From positions 5,208,001 through 5,272,000 of the forward strand of contig CM068748.1 of the NCBI GenBank assembly GCA_035084275.1: a stretch of DNA of 64,000 nt. The letters are read 5' to 3'. Every line of letters begins with the position of its first letter. Position 1 is the stretch's first letter. Both the position numbers and the translations under genes were made by a program. Below, piece by piece: positions 30,031-45,103 of this stretch. The notes under the pieces are model-generated. The model was given only the letters and a program-made list of their open reading frames with translations. It did not search any database and was not told where the DNA came from. The DNA is from Hydrolagus colliei (taxonomy: Eukaryota).

Positions 30031-31644
30031 TTAATGAATCATTCTGCCTCTGTCATCTCCCTGGGAAGTCGATTCAAAATATTCACCGCTCTCCATATAA
30101 TCTAAGTAAATTTGCACTGTCTCTTCACACTGTCTCTTCTGAGTTCAAGTATATGCATCTTTGTTTTAGATACCTGACCACATTAAACATTATTAGGATT
30201 CAACTTATTTAAACCCTCCGGAGTACTGCCATAAGATTGCCCTGAGCATCTTTCATATGGAAATTTCCAGTTCCCTTAGCCACTCTCTCGTAACCCATCT
30301 CACTGACTTTCCCTGTTCAAAGCTGAAATTCAAGTTATATAGCAATGACACTTCTAACATTAATCTTTTTTTTTCTAAATCATAATGCAGCCTTCCAGAA
30401 GGCAATCCCCAATAATTAGGGGATCACTGAAATTATTTGGTTCCATTCTTTTCTGAATTCTTAAATAAACTGGATAGGCAACAGATTGTCATGGTCTACA
30501 AGGATCAATTGAATTTCATCCATAAAACAGTGCAATGCATTTCAAAGTCTCCTTGGACAGTTTATTCAATGAAGGGAAAACTGAATCTATTGAATGGAAC
30601 AAACATGTCTGTTTCCCTTTCTGTATCTTTTAACTTTTAGATCAGTATAGCATTTGCATATTCCCCAAACCCAGCTCCATTAATACAAAAAAAAGCACAA
30701 CAAATTAGCATTCACAAATTTTATACCTATTATTCTTTTTAATGCAGAAGGAAGTCTGATGGCATTCCACTGATATTTTACTGCCAAAAGTATAGCCCTG
30801 TGTTAGCAATTACGATGAGGCAAAATACTAAATTCTTATTTCCCTTCTGATCATATGAAGAGATTTAACTTGAAGGATGCTTCCATTCCTGCACAAGCAT
30901 TTACTTGGTCACCTTAGACAAGCCTTCATTCGGGTGCCCTAGTTGCTTCACACTGTAGTACCATGCCATCCAAGACCATTCTGATATTTGACATAGAATG
31001 CACTTGAATTTATTTTTTATTAAGTTAAAAAATAAGCAAATGCAAAGTCATAAAATGATTAAATTCATACTGGATGAAAAACCTCTTGAAGCTTTAGAAT
31101 GGAACCAGCAGATTTCAGTATTCTGCCTTATGGTGATTGTTTATTTTTAATTGATATTGACTGAGATTTAAATTAAGATATTTCATTCAGTATGCTTAGT
31201 GCAGCAGATGTGTTTTATCAAGTTCAGGCAGGATAATACAGGGTTATCATGGATGTAGCTGAGTCATTCTAAAACATGGAAAGAATCCACAGATACTGAT
31301 CAGTCTCAAATTGATTAGATTAATTTGCCTTGTTATTTTTCTGACGTAGAAACATTTTATTTAACATTCATTGTATGAAAAATAAATTTAAAAACAACAA
31401 TACACTTGTATAGAGTCTTTTATGTCAGGAGGACGTCCCAAGGCCCAAAACAACATTGATAGTCTAAAATAACATTCAAATTCTGAAACATTCTTGAATA
31501 TTCACGTCATGTTTTCAGTTTTATTTATTTTATTCTTATTCATTACATTTTATTTCTGTGAACCAACCTCAAAGAATGTATAATATAACCAAAGTACAAT
31601 ACATCATTACTGTTATTTATTTAACTAATAATAATCCATCAAAA

Positions 31645-31715
31645 AACAATAATAATTTGGTTATTTCAACCCATGTCTGTTTGTGGGACGCTGCTGTGCG
31701 CAAGGATTATTATTA
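31645..31715 (+). mobile_element. Short SINE fragment, core joined directly to the (att)n tail
   Basis: ttggttatttcaaccc...tgtttgtgggacgctgctgtgcgcaaggattattatta. Confidence 0.6.
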
Positions 31716-31789
31716 TGGTCATGAAATGATTGAATTGAATCTTGACAAGAGAATGCTTCACAGGACTTGTGTTTAATGGTCTGAGTGGG

Positions 31790-32415
31790 AATTTGGAGTG
31801 CTTTAAAGGTGAGGACCAGGATCTTGAATTGAATCCTCTAGGTGATGAGAAGCCAGTGGAGTCGGGTGAGAAAGGGGATGATAGGGATGCAGAGCCTGGT
31901 GCGGGAGAGGACATGGGCTTCAGAATTCTAGATAATCTGCAGTCTATGGAGGGAGGAGTTGGGAAGACCGACAAGCACGGCATTGATATAGTCCAGCCTG
32001 GATGTGATGAAGGCATGAGTGAGAGATTCAGCAGCCTGAGGGGTGAGGGAGTGACTGAGTCTGGCAAAGGCAGAGCAGGTTGTGCCATGGATGTAGGGGA
32101 GAAAAGACAGTTCAGGATTGAACAAGACACCTAGGTTCCTGACTGGCTTGGTGAGATGGAGTGTGCATCCATGGAGGCTGATGCTGCCAGTGCCTGAAAT
32201 ACGTAGGCTCTGGCACATGCCAATCAGGAGGGCCTCAATCGTGTTGACATTCAACTGTTGAAAGTTTGTTCTCATCCAGGACTTGATGTCCGACAGGCAG
32301 TCTGTCAGGGCAACAGTGGTCCCGGAATCGAGGGTGGAGGCAGAAAGATAGAGTTGGGTATCATCCACATACATAAAAGTTGACCTTACTGTCTGCGGAT
32401 GGTGTCACCAAGGGA
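31790..32415 (-). mobile_element. L2-clade LINE RT fragment
   Basis: ORF 31928..32374: YVDDTQLYLS...WMRTNFQQLNVN...VRNLGVLFNPELSF...HAFITSRLDYINAVLVGLP. Confidence 0.9.
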
Positions 32416-33628
32416 GAATTATCCTTTGATAAGTAGGGAGCACAATGTACTTCATGCTGACAGATGGCAGCTGTGCCCCAAAAGTGGATTTCATTGGAGC
32501 CAAGTTCCTGTGAGTTACTTAACCTATGTCCAGTTTCCTTATTAAGGAATCCTATTCAAAATTGCCACGAATGGCATCCAGTTATGGGATGCATAGACAG
32601 GGCTGGAATCTTGAGAGTGATCGCAGCATCGGGATGATTCAATTATATTTATATATACATATATATTTAGCACTCTAACTCCTCAGAAACTGCTGTTAAA
32701 ATCTTATAGTGAAAGGCCAGATGGCTCTGCAGAAACAAAAGGCATTTATTTCCGAGGCCTTCGAGGATGTAAAGGAGGAAATCTTGCACATTGTGCTGGT
32801 GAGGAATTGCCACGTTTGCTAGTTTGACCTAGTAGCATCAGTAAGAATAATGAAGAGGAAGAATGTGAAGTAGCAGCAGCAAGCAATTTTGCCAATGTTC
32901 ATTCCAAAATGTAATTTAACAGAATAAAAATAACACAGCTTAATACTGCACTAAACCATAGAGCTGCACTAAGCCATTGCAATCTGCACTGGAGTATTGA
33001 TCTTGCCTGAGGCACTAGCTGGGGTGCTGGGATTGACATCAAGCTAGTGGCCTACTTTTCTTCGGATAGAGGAGGAAAAATGAACCCAAAAGGAGGAAGA
33101 AGGAAAATTGATCAGCAGATGAAGATTGCTAACAGTATAACAGAAGAAGAATGTTAACTACAAATACTTATTTAGGAAACAAACCCAGGTTTCAACTGGT
33201 AAGTGAACTAATGAGAGCACTTTCTGCACTATTGCTCATCAAATGTTTGCTATTTTGTATTGATTTGCAATTATGTCTTGTTAACTAAATAAATGTGCTG
33301 TGCATGGTACTACTGTTGTAGAGATTAGTGCTGGTCAGGATAGAGCTCAGGATGGTCACAAAGATCATACAAATTCTGAATTAGTACAACGACAAAATTA
33401 CATTTGTATAGCGCCTTTCACGTCGGGAGGATGTCCCAAGTACCATCAGAAGATGCAAATGCAGTACCATTGCTCACATAACCCGTCCACATCAACACAA
33501 AACAGTGACATGTGAATAATAGGCATTCCTTCCTCTGACTGGAGTCTTACTGTCACAGAAGGATTGACTAGTGACAACAGACTTCATACAATGCACGCAT
33601 GTGTGATTGTGTTTTGTTCTCATTGTAG

Positions 33629-33892
<264 letters not shown>

Positions 33893-35439
33893 TAACAAAA
33901 TCTTGATCAGGGGCATTTTAGATGCGTTCTGCTTTACTCTGAATATTTGTGCAATATTATCACACTAAAGCACTTTTGAGTACAACTTTTTTTGAAAACA
34001 ATATTTACACTGTAGCAAAATGTGTTCTGTTTCAATAAAGAAGTAATTTTGTGACTTAAGCATTTACCAAAAATATCAATTGGGTTTATAGTTGCCATAG
34101 ATTATATGGTAAGGTTGAGGCTATTCGTTTTTTGAGGACACTGACTTTTCAAATAGTTTACTTGTTCTTCTAATAAACTCAAATACATGAGAGCATCACT
34201 GCCCTGATTAAACACGTGGGAAAGATTGGCCATTGTGTACTGAATTTAGTGCATATCTTCCAGGCCCCAGATCTTTCACCGACTAACATCTAAATTGATC
34301 AAGGTCTAATTCTAGACTTCAATGCTAGTCCACCAAGTTTGCGAGATTCTGTAGTTATTAAAATGTTAGCAACTATTTGAGGTATTTTAATAGCAGTTTT
34401 CTATTAGGATTATATGTAATTATGTCATTTTATGCTTCGCTCTTAATTTGCTAAAAGCACAAATTGCTGCTTAATTATAAAACAGATCTCATGTTTTAAG
34501 CATACGTTAACCTTTCCCATTTTTGACTCTCATCCAGATTCTTTTGTGCACTCGTTCTTGATTTTCTTAGCACATGGAATGCAAAGTCCTGCAAGCACAG
34601 TGTACTTTTCCTATGATGCAAAAGCCTCTCCTGCACCTGTTGAATGAGGAATCTGTGCACTTTCTAAATAGGTTTTCCAGTTTGCAAAGTCATTCATCAG
34701 CATGTTCTCAGTGGCTTTTTCTTTCCTAGTGTGCTCCAGCGTCTAATTAACAGCAATAATCGCAAACAATTGGCATTTAAGTGCACCTATTCAAACAAGC
34801 ACTGTGAATTACAATAAACAACAAAGTGTGCTGGTTCATTGGCAAAGCAGTGAATTGCCCTTCCAATACACGTACTTTATTTCAATATTTCATTTCTGTT
34901 TTTATACAGAAAGTATAAAAAGTGTTATTTTGTTCACTCAATGGTCTAGTGGTAAAAACACAGTTGTTTGTTAGCACTACGCCATGCAAGAACAGAGAAT
35001 GGGAGAAAATTGGCCAATGATAATTGTTTTGTAGCATTAACTTAAGTTTATTCAAACCCCATATTGTCTGCAGTTTCTCTTCATTTACGTTCTTTACAAA
35101 TGTAACAGTATAATTAGTTTACTTCCACCCTATAATTTCGTACATTGAGCATTTCATTTAAGTAAATAAATGAACTGAAATAAGTGATTTATTAAGAAAT
35201 CACTGAACACTGCCAATGTTAAGATTTTTTTCTGTGTACGTGTGATTTGTGCATTGTCTTTCTATGTCTCAGGTGTTTGATTGTTCATTCTGCCACTTTA
35301 GGGCATAATTTACATTTTACAGTAGAGGGGAAAATAAATTCTATTATTTTGGCAAACTCTTCAGTCTCTTTGATCTTGGTCCAGCAGAGAGACATATTTA
35401 CACTGATGTCCAGTTATCTGCAGTTGATCTTTGTTTTAG

Positions 35440-35649
<210 letters not shown>

Positions 35650-36389
35650 TAATTGTGTGGTTCTATTACAGGAAGTCTAATGATACTGTATTTGTATGAG
35701 GATTATCATCAACAGAGGCAGAAACAGTGCTCATAACTCTTTTCGCCCACAAATATACAATCAATTTTCCTACTCTTCTTCATCCTGCCCCGACCCCTCC
35801 CCCCCTGCTCTTGTCCCTACCTAACTATGCAACACCTTGGAACGTCCTCTTGACGTGAAAGGTGCTATATAAATGTAAGTTTTGATTGATTGATTTTATG
35901 AAGTAGTATCGTGTATATATTTTTCACAGAAAGATAAGACTTTTTACAAATTGTGTATACTATATATGCACATCAAAATTGTTCTGACATTTCCTCAGCT
36001 CTGCAGAAGATTATGTATTCTGCATCTAAAGCACTTATAAGTAGCTCTAAAGCACTAAGCGAGCAATGTGATCAAACCCTAAAGGAATATTTCTTTGCAA
36101 CCTATACTGTATTTAATTTTTATGATGATGGCTTAAACAGATGCATGCACCTGCGTAAAAGGATTTCAGAATATTAATACTAATTTTTTTCACATTTTAT
36201 TTCCTTACACGAATATGTGTTGAGCTGCAGAACAAATTCCGTTACATAAATGATGGAAATTGACTTTTTGTTTTCCTAACTTTTTGTTTTCCTCCTCCTG
36301 TGCTTTACAGTGTATGTTATGCAACAACTACGAATCTTTGCAAAAACATGCGTGAATAAGAAATGAAAGTAAACTATTAGACATTATAA

Positions 36390-37015
36390 TAATATAATAA
36401 TAATCCTTGTTTTTGAAATAGAGCCATAACACGTCTTCAAGGCATATCAAAGCACTTCACCGAATATACTCTAAAGTGAATTGACTGTATATTTTGTGGG
36501 TGAAAACCGGTAGTCAATTGCGCACAGCAGTGTCCCACAAAAACAGATGCAGATTGAAGTGACTAATTTATTAACTTTTTTTGAAGGAAGTATTACCCCC
36601 AGAAAAGTGATCCGGCAATTGACTAACAACTGGGTTCTTACTTACTGCTAGGTAAACAGAGGCACATGGAGTACCGAAACCGCGGATTCCTGTAGCTCAG
36701 TGATTAGAGTACTCACCTTCCAAGTGAGAGACCTGAGTTCAATTCCAGTCAGTGCAAAACCTTGAGGAAATTTCCTTACTCCACATGCCTAACAATAATC
36801 CCTCAAAAAATTTCAATCCATGACTGTTTGTGGGATCCTGCTGCATGCAATTGGCTGCCACGGTTTGCCCACAAATATACAGTCAATTCAGTATAATTAT
36901 ACTCTACAGTATAATTATAATAATTCTTGCATCTTCTAGACGTCTCAAAGCGCTTCACAGAATATACTGTACTATAAAGTGAATTGACTGTATATTGTGG
37001 GTGAAACGTGGTAGC
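36390..37015. mobile_element. SINE cluster: minus-strand 3' half (~36390-36590), plus-strand copy (~36684-36890), minus-strand tail (~36912-37015)
   Basis: Each segment is homologous to the 672..994 / 60751..61043 family. Confidence 0.8.
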
Positions 37016-38449
37016 CTAAAATAGATTATAGAACATGACCCTAACTGGTTACACAAAAGTATCATGTTTATTGATGAATCTTTTTTATTCGCTAAACACA
37101 TTGGCCTTCTTACCTGATCATGAAAGTCTAAAAAAAACCTAAAAATTGGCTGCGGCCTTTGCCTGTAGAATTAATAGAATATTAACAGAATTTTACTCTT
37201 ACTTAAAGCTTCACTGTTGAGTTGACCGTTTTCGACATTCATCTTGTAATACTGCAATAAACTACAAAACATTTACTTTTAATGTTCATCCAGAAAATTT
37301 CATTCATTCAGACATTAAAACCAAATTAGTTGGACAGATGCCACAATGTATTTTCCAAGGATTATGATGATTTACATCAAGTTGCTTCAAGTGTAATCAT
37401 AGTTACAAATGTCTATCTGTAATATTAGTTAGTCACACTTCACTTTATAAATCCTATGAAAATTCAGCCATATTATTAATATATGCTAGTTTTTAATTAT
37501 ATTGGTTTAGCTATTCTTAAATGATCCTAAAGCTTTTTCTGCAAAACTCATTTCAAAGAGGCAGGGACATGTATGTAATGGACATGCTAGCAGAGCAGAC
37601 TGCAGGGATGGGAGGAGGATACAGGGAGAGAGAATGTCATAAGGTTAAATATCTGATGCTCCATTTTCTTGTCAATTTCCTTGTAATCCACAAATTGTAG
37701 ATATTGTATATAGAATTAAGTGCAATAGTTCAGAGAATGGTTCAATAGCACAACAAATTCATTGCTGCTGCCAATCCCATCACCGGAATGCTGCGTGAGT
37801 GATTGATTAAACACAATTCAGCTTGTTAAGACTGTTGAAGCCCATTAAGTAGTAAGAGGGGCAATTCTGCAAAGATGAGAAGGGTTGCTTAAGCCTTTGA
37901 TAAGTGATCTTAAATAACGCAGAGTTGGAAGGATGCCAGTATTCTAGCTGAGAATGCTATCATTTAGTATTTATCTCTATTCTTTCCCCATTGTAGTCCA
38001 TTTGGCATACACCATGAGGTTTCTGGGAAATGTTAGAAATTGAACATTTCACCTCATTGACTTTTATCATTTTATTTAAACCTGACAAATTTACAAACCA
38101 TAAAGGCAACGTTGAGCAAAATTGGGCATCAAAGGGGTTTTGTTGTTGTTTAGTAAAAATGTGTGAATAGTTATAATAATGAACTTTACCCATATTTATC
38201 ATATAGAACATAGAATAGGCCGCCAAACAGAATCTTAAATAAAGTGAATTTAGGTTCACTTTACCAGTACTTAGTTCAGAAAGTATGGGGAATTAAGAAA
38301 TGAGGAAATTAATACTTCAATTCACTGTTCAATCTGATCCTTTTTAAACCATGGTAACCATATTACATTCTTTAAAAATTCTATTCCTAATTTAACATTA
38401 TATATGTTCGGCAACTGAATTAAAATGATCTCAGAAGTAAATGATACAA

Positions 38450-38720
38450 GGGATTATGTTTATCCCAAAATGTTTTTGGATGAAGAATGTCATTTAGTCC
38501 ATTTGTTCTCATCCTTCCAAAACACCTGCCCTACCATCACAGCATAAAATTATTTTTTAATGAATTCAGTTTGCTGGCCTCAAATCCAGTCATTAATTGT
38601 TCTTAGAATAAAGAAAATTTCCCAGTGTCTGTCCTAAAATCGTTCTTTGCAACTCTAAACCTCTTGATCAACTGTCTTGGTGCATCCTGAAGCATTATTC
38701 TCAGTTTACTTTATCAATCC
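38450..38720 (-). mobile_element. CR1-type LINE 3' end fragment
   Basis: Reverse complement of 12420-12670 (ttggatgaagaa...catttgttctcatccttcca...tttgcaactctaaa...ctgtcttggtgca). Confidence 0.65.
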
Positions 38721-38939
38721 TGTTTAAGTTAACATCAAAATTGATATTTATCTAAACATGAATCAAGCTGGAAAAGTTATCCTTGGCACAATTAAATGAA
38801 ACAAATCTGTGATTACCTTAAACTTTCCATGAAAGGAGACTTTCATTTTCTAGGATCATAGTTTTTAAGGAATGATTCAAATTAAAATTAAATTAAAGGT
38901 TGGTTCAGTTACTTTGATTTCTATATTTCTGGCTTTTAG

Positions 38940-39128
<189 letters not shown>

Positions 39129-39324
39129 TAAGCTAAGCAGCAATGCTGGGATTTTGCAGCAGATATATCGTGCTGGCTACTTGCTATGCGGACAAAAAGG
39201 GAGAAAGTATGGGTGAGTACAATTACTTTTGTGTGCCTGATTATTATTTTACTGGTCAATGGTGACGAGACAAATTAAATGAGCCCTCATTTTTTCCACC
39301 ACTGATTATATTTCTTTTTGCAAA

Positions 39325-39560
39325 TCTCTTCTGCTCTAGAACTCAGCTGCAATCTCCTCCAGCCCTATTCTCCTGCCTGTGCTCTTCTCTTCTAACTCTG
39401 GTCTGTGCCTCATTTCTCCCTTTCTCCTTCCCTCGATTAGTGACTGAGCCTTGATTCACTTTGCCCCTGCTCTCTAACAAAATCCCTTCACCTTGCGTTC
39501 TCTCTCCCCACCTTCAAATTCCTATTGAAACCTTTTATTGAGCAAGGCTTCGGACAAGAC
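39325..39560 (+). mobile_element. Decayed L2 3' fragment
   Basis: ctgcaatctcctccagccctattc...gagcctt...ccaccttcaaattcctattgaaaccttt parallels 29695-29895. Confidence 0.5.
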
Positions 39561-40395
39561 ACTTAAATTTCCTTCCCATTACTTCCTTGCTTGGGGATCC
39601 CTGCTCCCACCATGGTTGTTAATAGGGGTGGTTGCTGAATGGAGGTGGTTGCTTGAACAGGTTTGATTGTATCATGGCCTTGGTTTGCCCATTGTCAATG
39701 GAACTGCGGCCACTAGAAATAATGGCACAAATATTTAATCGCTGTGCAAATTGAATTTGATTTTGTTATAGTGAAAATACTAATTAATTTAATTTGTATT
39801 TGAAAATCTGTTTCAGTTCCTGTTATTTCTGTGAGCATAACAAACATTCTCTAGACGTTTAAGCAAGATTGGAATCAATATATTCTAAGTTATTGATGGA
39901 AGTATGGTGATAGTACATGTCTCTACTTTCACTCTCCTCCCATGATATTGTTATACTCTGTCATGTTACACAGGCAGAGTAAGGCAGTGTAACAGGAATT
40001 AAAAGCAAGTAATGCAGATTGTACATGAATCAATGTGTTGGTATTCAAGTGAAAGATTTGTATTATAACTGTAGTGATTGTGAATAAGTTACTTATTAAT
40101 AACTAGCCAGCAGAAGGTGAGAGTCGGCTATAAATAACTTCACTGTAACTAACATTAGCAAGTGCATTTAACTAATGTAAGTGATTCCAGACATTGCTGC
40201 CATGACAATTATCACTCTTGAAATTGACTGCGTGGTTTTAGGCATTAAAAGGAAAAATCAAGAATAATTGAACAAGTGGAAGTACCCTTCATCACCTATT
40301 GATGAGAGCAACAATCAAGAAGTTTATCAATGAAACCTGAATTCCAACTCTTTTTACAGTCTTGAAATCACGTGATAATGTTCAGCATTTTTATT

Positions 40396-41187
40396 ACATT
40401 TTGCTTTTAACTTATTTTGTTGCTGGCAGTGGCTTCTTTAGCATCTCCACGCCCAAGTGTTAATGTTTGATACCAAGAGTGGATTAATGTTAGGGAGGCA
40501 AATACTCCATGTTTATTGAGAAGCTATATGCCCTTCATTTATACTCGTTTTTGCCCATTTTGCATGGTAAATAGAATATAATGTAACGATAAAAATGTTG
40601 CCATGTTGTAAAACCAGTGTATGTTGTTTGTGGAACATTATTTAAACAGAATTTGACAAAGTAACATGTAAAAGGCATATTTTGATTTTTTTTAAAAAGC
40701 TACAATCAATGTAGAACTAGGAAAAGATACATTACTCCTTAAAGTTGTAACTTTATCTCTACTTTTGTGATTTAATTTGGAAGCAAAAACTGACAAAACG
40801 CTTATACAGGATGGTACATTTTCCCATTTTGGAGTTGGATGAAATATGTGCTGTTTATATAGCAACTGTGCATCTCTGAAAATGGCAGAGAAATAATGCC
40901 AACCCTTCCATCACTAACATTGCTTGTCCTATTTTCAAATATCTGTTCCTCCATTAGGCTGACAATTTACCCTGTTTACAGCATAGATTTACAGAAGCTG
41001 ATGCTAAGCCATACAGGAGACAAACAGTACGACATGTGAGTGAATGCCCATGTTTTACTTATGTATGTTGTAGGACTGCTATATTTTGATTGACAATGGA
41101 GAAAACATTTTATAACTAATCAAATTCACATTTTGCTTTTAACTTATTTTGTTGCTGGCAGTGGCTTCCTTAGCATCTCCACACCCA
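40396..41187 (+). repeat. Dispersed 60-bp direct repeat (40396..40455 and 41128..41187)
   Basis: acattttgcttttaacttattttgttgctggcagtggcttc(t/c)ttagcatctccac(g/a)ccca, 58/60 identical. Confidence 0.92.
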
Positions 41188-42813
41188 TGCTTTGTGCTCA
41201 CTGGTAATTTCCAGTTTGATTTGAAACATTTGACTTTGCGGCAAACACCTCTAGACTTCATCTGAACTTAGTTTGTAAAACCATTTTCTCTTAAAATTTT
41301 AAATCACCAGTCATCCAGCAAACAACTGAAGATGGAAGTTAAGAATTTTCCACAATGTTGTGCCATCTTAGATTTTGAGGCAAGATGATCTTTCAGGCTG
41401 ACTGAGTGAAATTTCAGCTTCTATTTTATTAACAAATCTATCACTTTCATGTGGCTAGACTGATATTCCTATCTGGGATGGTTATTTGGATTGAAGCAAT
41501 AACCTTACAGAATGCAGCACAAATCTCAAGGCAAAATGTTTCTTTTTCTTACTCTTTTTAATTGGATAATTTGGGGTCAGTTAATTTAATTTTGGGGGGT
41601 TTCATTTCACGCACTGTAAGTGCTCCACGTTGGAGTGGAGGAATGAGCCTACCAGTGGACACATCAAGTATGCTGCGGTATCATCAATAAAATAGCTTCT
41701 GCCTCGTCACATAGAATATTGCACAAGAAATGCACCCTGGCAAATGATGTGAGCAGCAGTACTCAAATAGTTTTTTTTCTCACAATCTCAATAAATTCAA
41801 GGCTTTAATTCTGCCTAATATTCACGAGCCATTTAATGGCATATAAAGAGACATTACCAATGAATATGGGCTAATCTTACTTATGCCTTGAATACAGGCA
41901 CGCACATGAAAATAAAGCTGATTTTCACTCAAAAAACTGGAGAAAAGTAACCCTTTTTAAATCCTTTGTATGAAATCATAAATTTAAATTAAATTACCTT
42001 TAAGTAGATTTGACTGTAAATCAAATGTGACATGTTAATTGGTTATTCCAGTACTTAGTCTTCCAGGGTTTATATATAGTGGTTTATTTGCCATATTTCC
42101 CAACTGTGATATCCAAAGACATTTTGGGTTTGTATCAAACAAAAAGTTAATAACAAAATTTAAAACACATTGAAATAAAACAAAGGCAAAATCTCCAAGG
42201 AGAATGTGTTTAAAACAAATCCAATCTATTCCTTGGGCAATGCTCAAAGTTGAATGCAGTTGAAAAATAGATCAGTTTTCTTATCAAAATACGTTATACT
42301 TTTGGAAAAAGTCATTAGCAGGACATAATCATAACACAGATCATAGCAGTCACAGATCCACAATTTAAAAACTGTCTACAATTCATCACAGATTAGCATT
42401 AAATAGGGATATTCAACCATAGCGACTATTAGGAAGGCAAGTATTGAAACTGGCTAATTATAGTAATTTGCTCAACACAATCATCTTGTACTACCTATTT
42501 AAATAATGTTCCTGTTGTGTTGTGGCATGCTGAAACAATCTAGTTTTCAAGTGACTCCTTCCTTCCTTTTCTTACATGGGATCCTCAGATAAGCCAAAAA
42601 TTGAGCACACCCTGGTACTGTACTTACTTTGTAGATCTTTCAGTAGAATTTGGTTTATGAATAAGTCATACATTTAATTTTGATTCCTAAAAGTAAACAA
42701 TTCTCTTCGGATAATGGCCATTAATACCCAATGAAGAATGGTACTCCACAAATTTTCTAACATTTTCAAATTTGTTTTAATTTTAGTCTACATTGTTTTC
42801 ATTCTCTGTGTAG

Positions 42814-43011
<198 letters not shown>

Positions 43012-43497
43012 TGACAGACAACAATATCAATGGCATGCTATGTTGTTTTAGCTAGTTAGACTCTGAATTAGGTCAGGATGTATCCCTCTAAGGGAGAGAG
43101 TGCGCATTGCAACAATCTATCTCTGGAATTTCCATGTGTAGGTGGATGCATGGAATTTGCAGCTTGGTTTGGATCCCCTTGAACATGGTGATTGGTATTT
43201 GCATGTGTCAGACACCTGGCTATCCTCCAAAAAGAGGCTTACAAACTGGAAAAAGTTAAATCTCAGCCCAACAAAGGCTGACATGACCCAGAAACACACA
43301 AAATAAAATGAGGCTCATTGTTTATTACCTTTTGGAGCACAAATTCAATCTTTTATCTGTTGGAATCTAGCATAACATTAAAAAAATCTAAGAAATGTAT
43401 CCAAGTATAATACTTAATACAATATTTGCAACCAATCTTTTGCCCAATTCCATTTGCCCACTTTATGATTCTTACATTGAATCTTTATTTTTTTCAG

Positions 43498-43533
43498 GCA
43501 TTGGAGACAGCTGGCTACGTCAAGAGTGTTATT
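43498..43533 (+). CDS. JAKMIP3: JAKMIP3 coding exon 7 (36-nt microexon)
   Basis: tttatttttttcAG|ALETAGYVKSVI|GTAAGT. Confidence 0.9.
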
Positions 43534-44719
43534 GTAAGTGTTACAATCCAGATTTTATTTGCCTCAAAAGAAGTTAGAAGTGCATATCATCACATTGATG
43601 TTACAGCTTCTGGCAATTCTGACAAATTAGATATCTAGGGAAATGTTCTTAATTTGGAAAGTATACACATAGGTCTTTTGGCAGGACCATGGCATAGAGG
43701 CTAAAAGCTGACTGTATTTCCACAGGCAACTATCTAAATCATGTAGCTTCAAATTGGGGGGAGCGCAACCTTTCAGCTATTATGTACCATCCAGAATTTC
43801 CTGATACTGCCAATTTTCCCTTTGTGTCAAAGACCATTAGCAGAATTTGATCATCCATTGTTACATATGCAGTTACAATTGATATATTCAGCTGCTAAAC
43901 TGAAACTCACAAAAAGTTCAACTTCCGATATATTCCAAATCACATCATAGCACTTAAAGCATCATGTGACATATTTGACAATCATTTCACCGAGAACCGA
44001 GTCTTTCATTAATACTTTAGAAGCAATAAGAAGAAATGAGAGCTTTGCCCACATGACAGGGTCAATTGGAGCAATCTAGGCAAGGAAATTACTACCGGAC
44101 ACTGGCATCCTGTTCCAAATAATTTGACCTCTGAGTTGAAATAAAATTAATCTTGTTAAGTGCAGTTTATAGCACAATATCATATCTGAGAAACTAGCCG
44201 TTGAGATTCAATTAGAGTGTTGGTTTAATGAAGGGTGGGTTGGACAGTGCGCGAGCAAGTAATACTGTAGGAGGGAAATATTAACACACCAGGTCACAAT
44301 GCAACAAAATTCTATCATCAGCTCGGCAGAAGATCAAATTGAAGTTTAGCCCCAAATTAAATGATTCTCGCAGGTATGGAATGAAATAATAAAACAAAAT
44401 AATAAATAATAAGACCAGTATTTTATCATGAAAATAATGAATAAAATGTTACCTGATTATCTGCTGAAAAATCAATTGCAATCCAAGATCAGATATCAAG
44501 ATCCCAGAAAGAGTAACAACCCCATAGTACCTAAATCATCAGCAGACATAAAGTGTGTACCCAATTCCCCTCAAAATATAGAGCGCCAAATAGGGAAAAA
44601 TGTGCACAAAAACCATATCAAACAATTGCTTCACTCTTTTGGCTCTTCTATTTAATTAGCATTGTTCTACCTGAATTTTCATGCTTGTTTGCAAGGAATA
44701 ATCAAATTCACACCTTTAA

Positions 44720-44900
44720 TATTAACAGAGCAATGTTACTGCTGCCAACTGTGTCAAAGCTGATGGAAAACAAAGTGAATGAGAAGCTGTTTCAACATTT
44801 CAGACAATCTGCTATCTAATTGCTAACTTGGCTTTGGAGCAAATCAAGTGTTTTGTGACATTCTCAACATAGACAATCTCATTACTGTATCTAGAACCTG
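44720..44900 (+). mobile_element. Old non-LTR retrotransposon RT remnant
   Basis: LLPTVSKLMENKVNEKLFQHF resembles the RT N-terminal motif (YRPIS)LLPxxSKxxExxVxxxLxxH. Confidence 0.45.
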
Positions 44901-45103
44901 AGTAATTATGACTCAATGCGTTCAGCATTTCTGCAACCGTAAGCTTAGCAAATCGATCACTGTGGAATTGCAAGACAGTTAATAAATTCGATATCTCTGT
45001 GATATCTAATCTTCCTTATGTAATATTAAAGCCATCCTACAATCCAACACAAAATTTTGCAAATATTTGAATTCTGAAAGCCTTTCATGTGTTTATACAA
45101 CAG

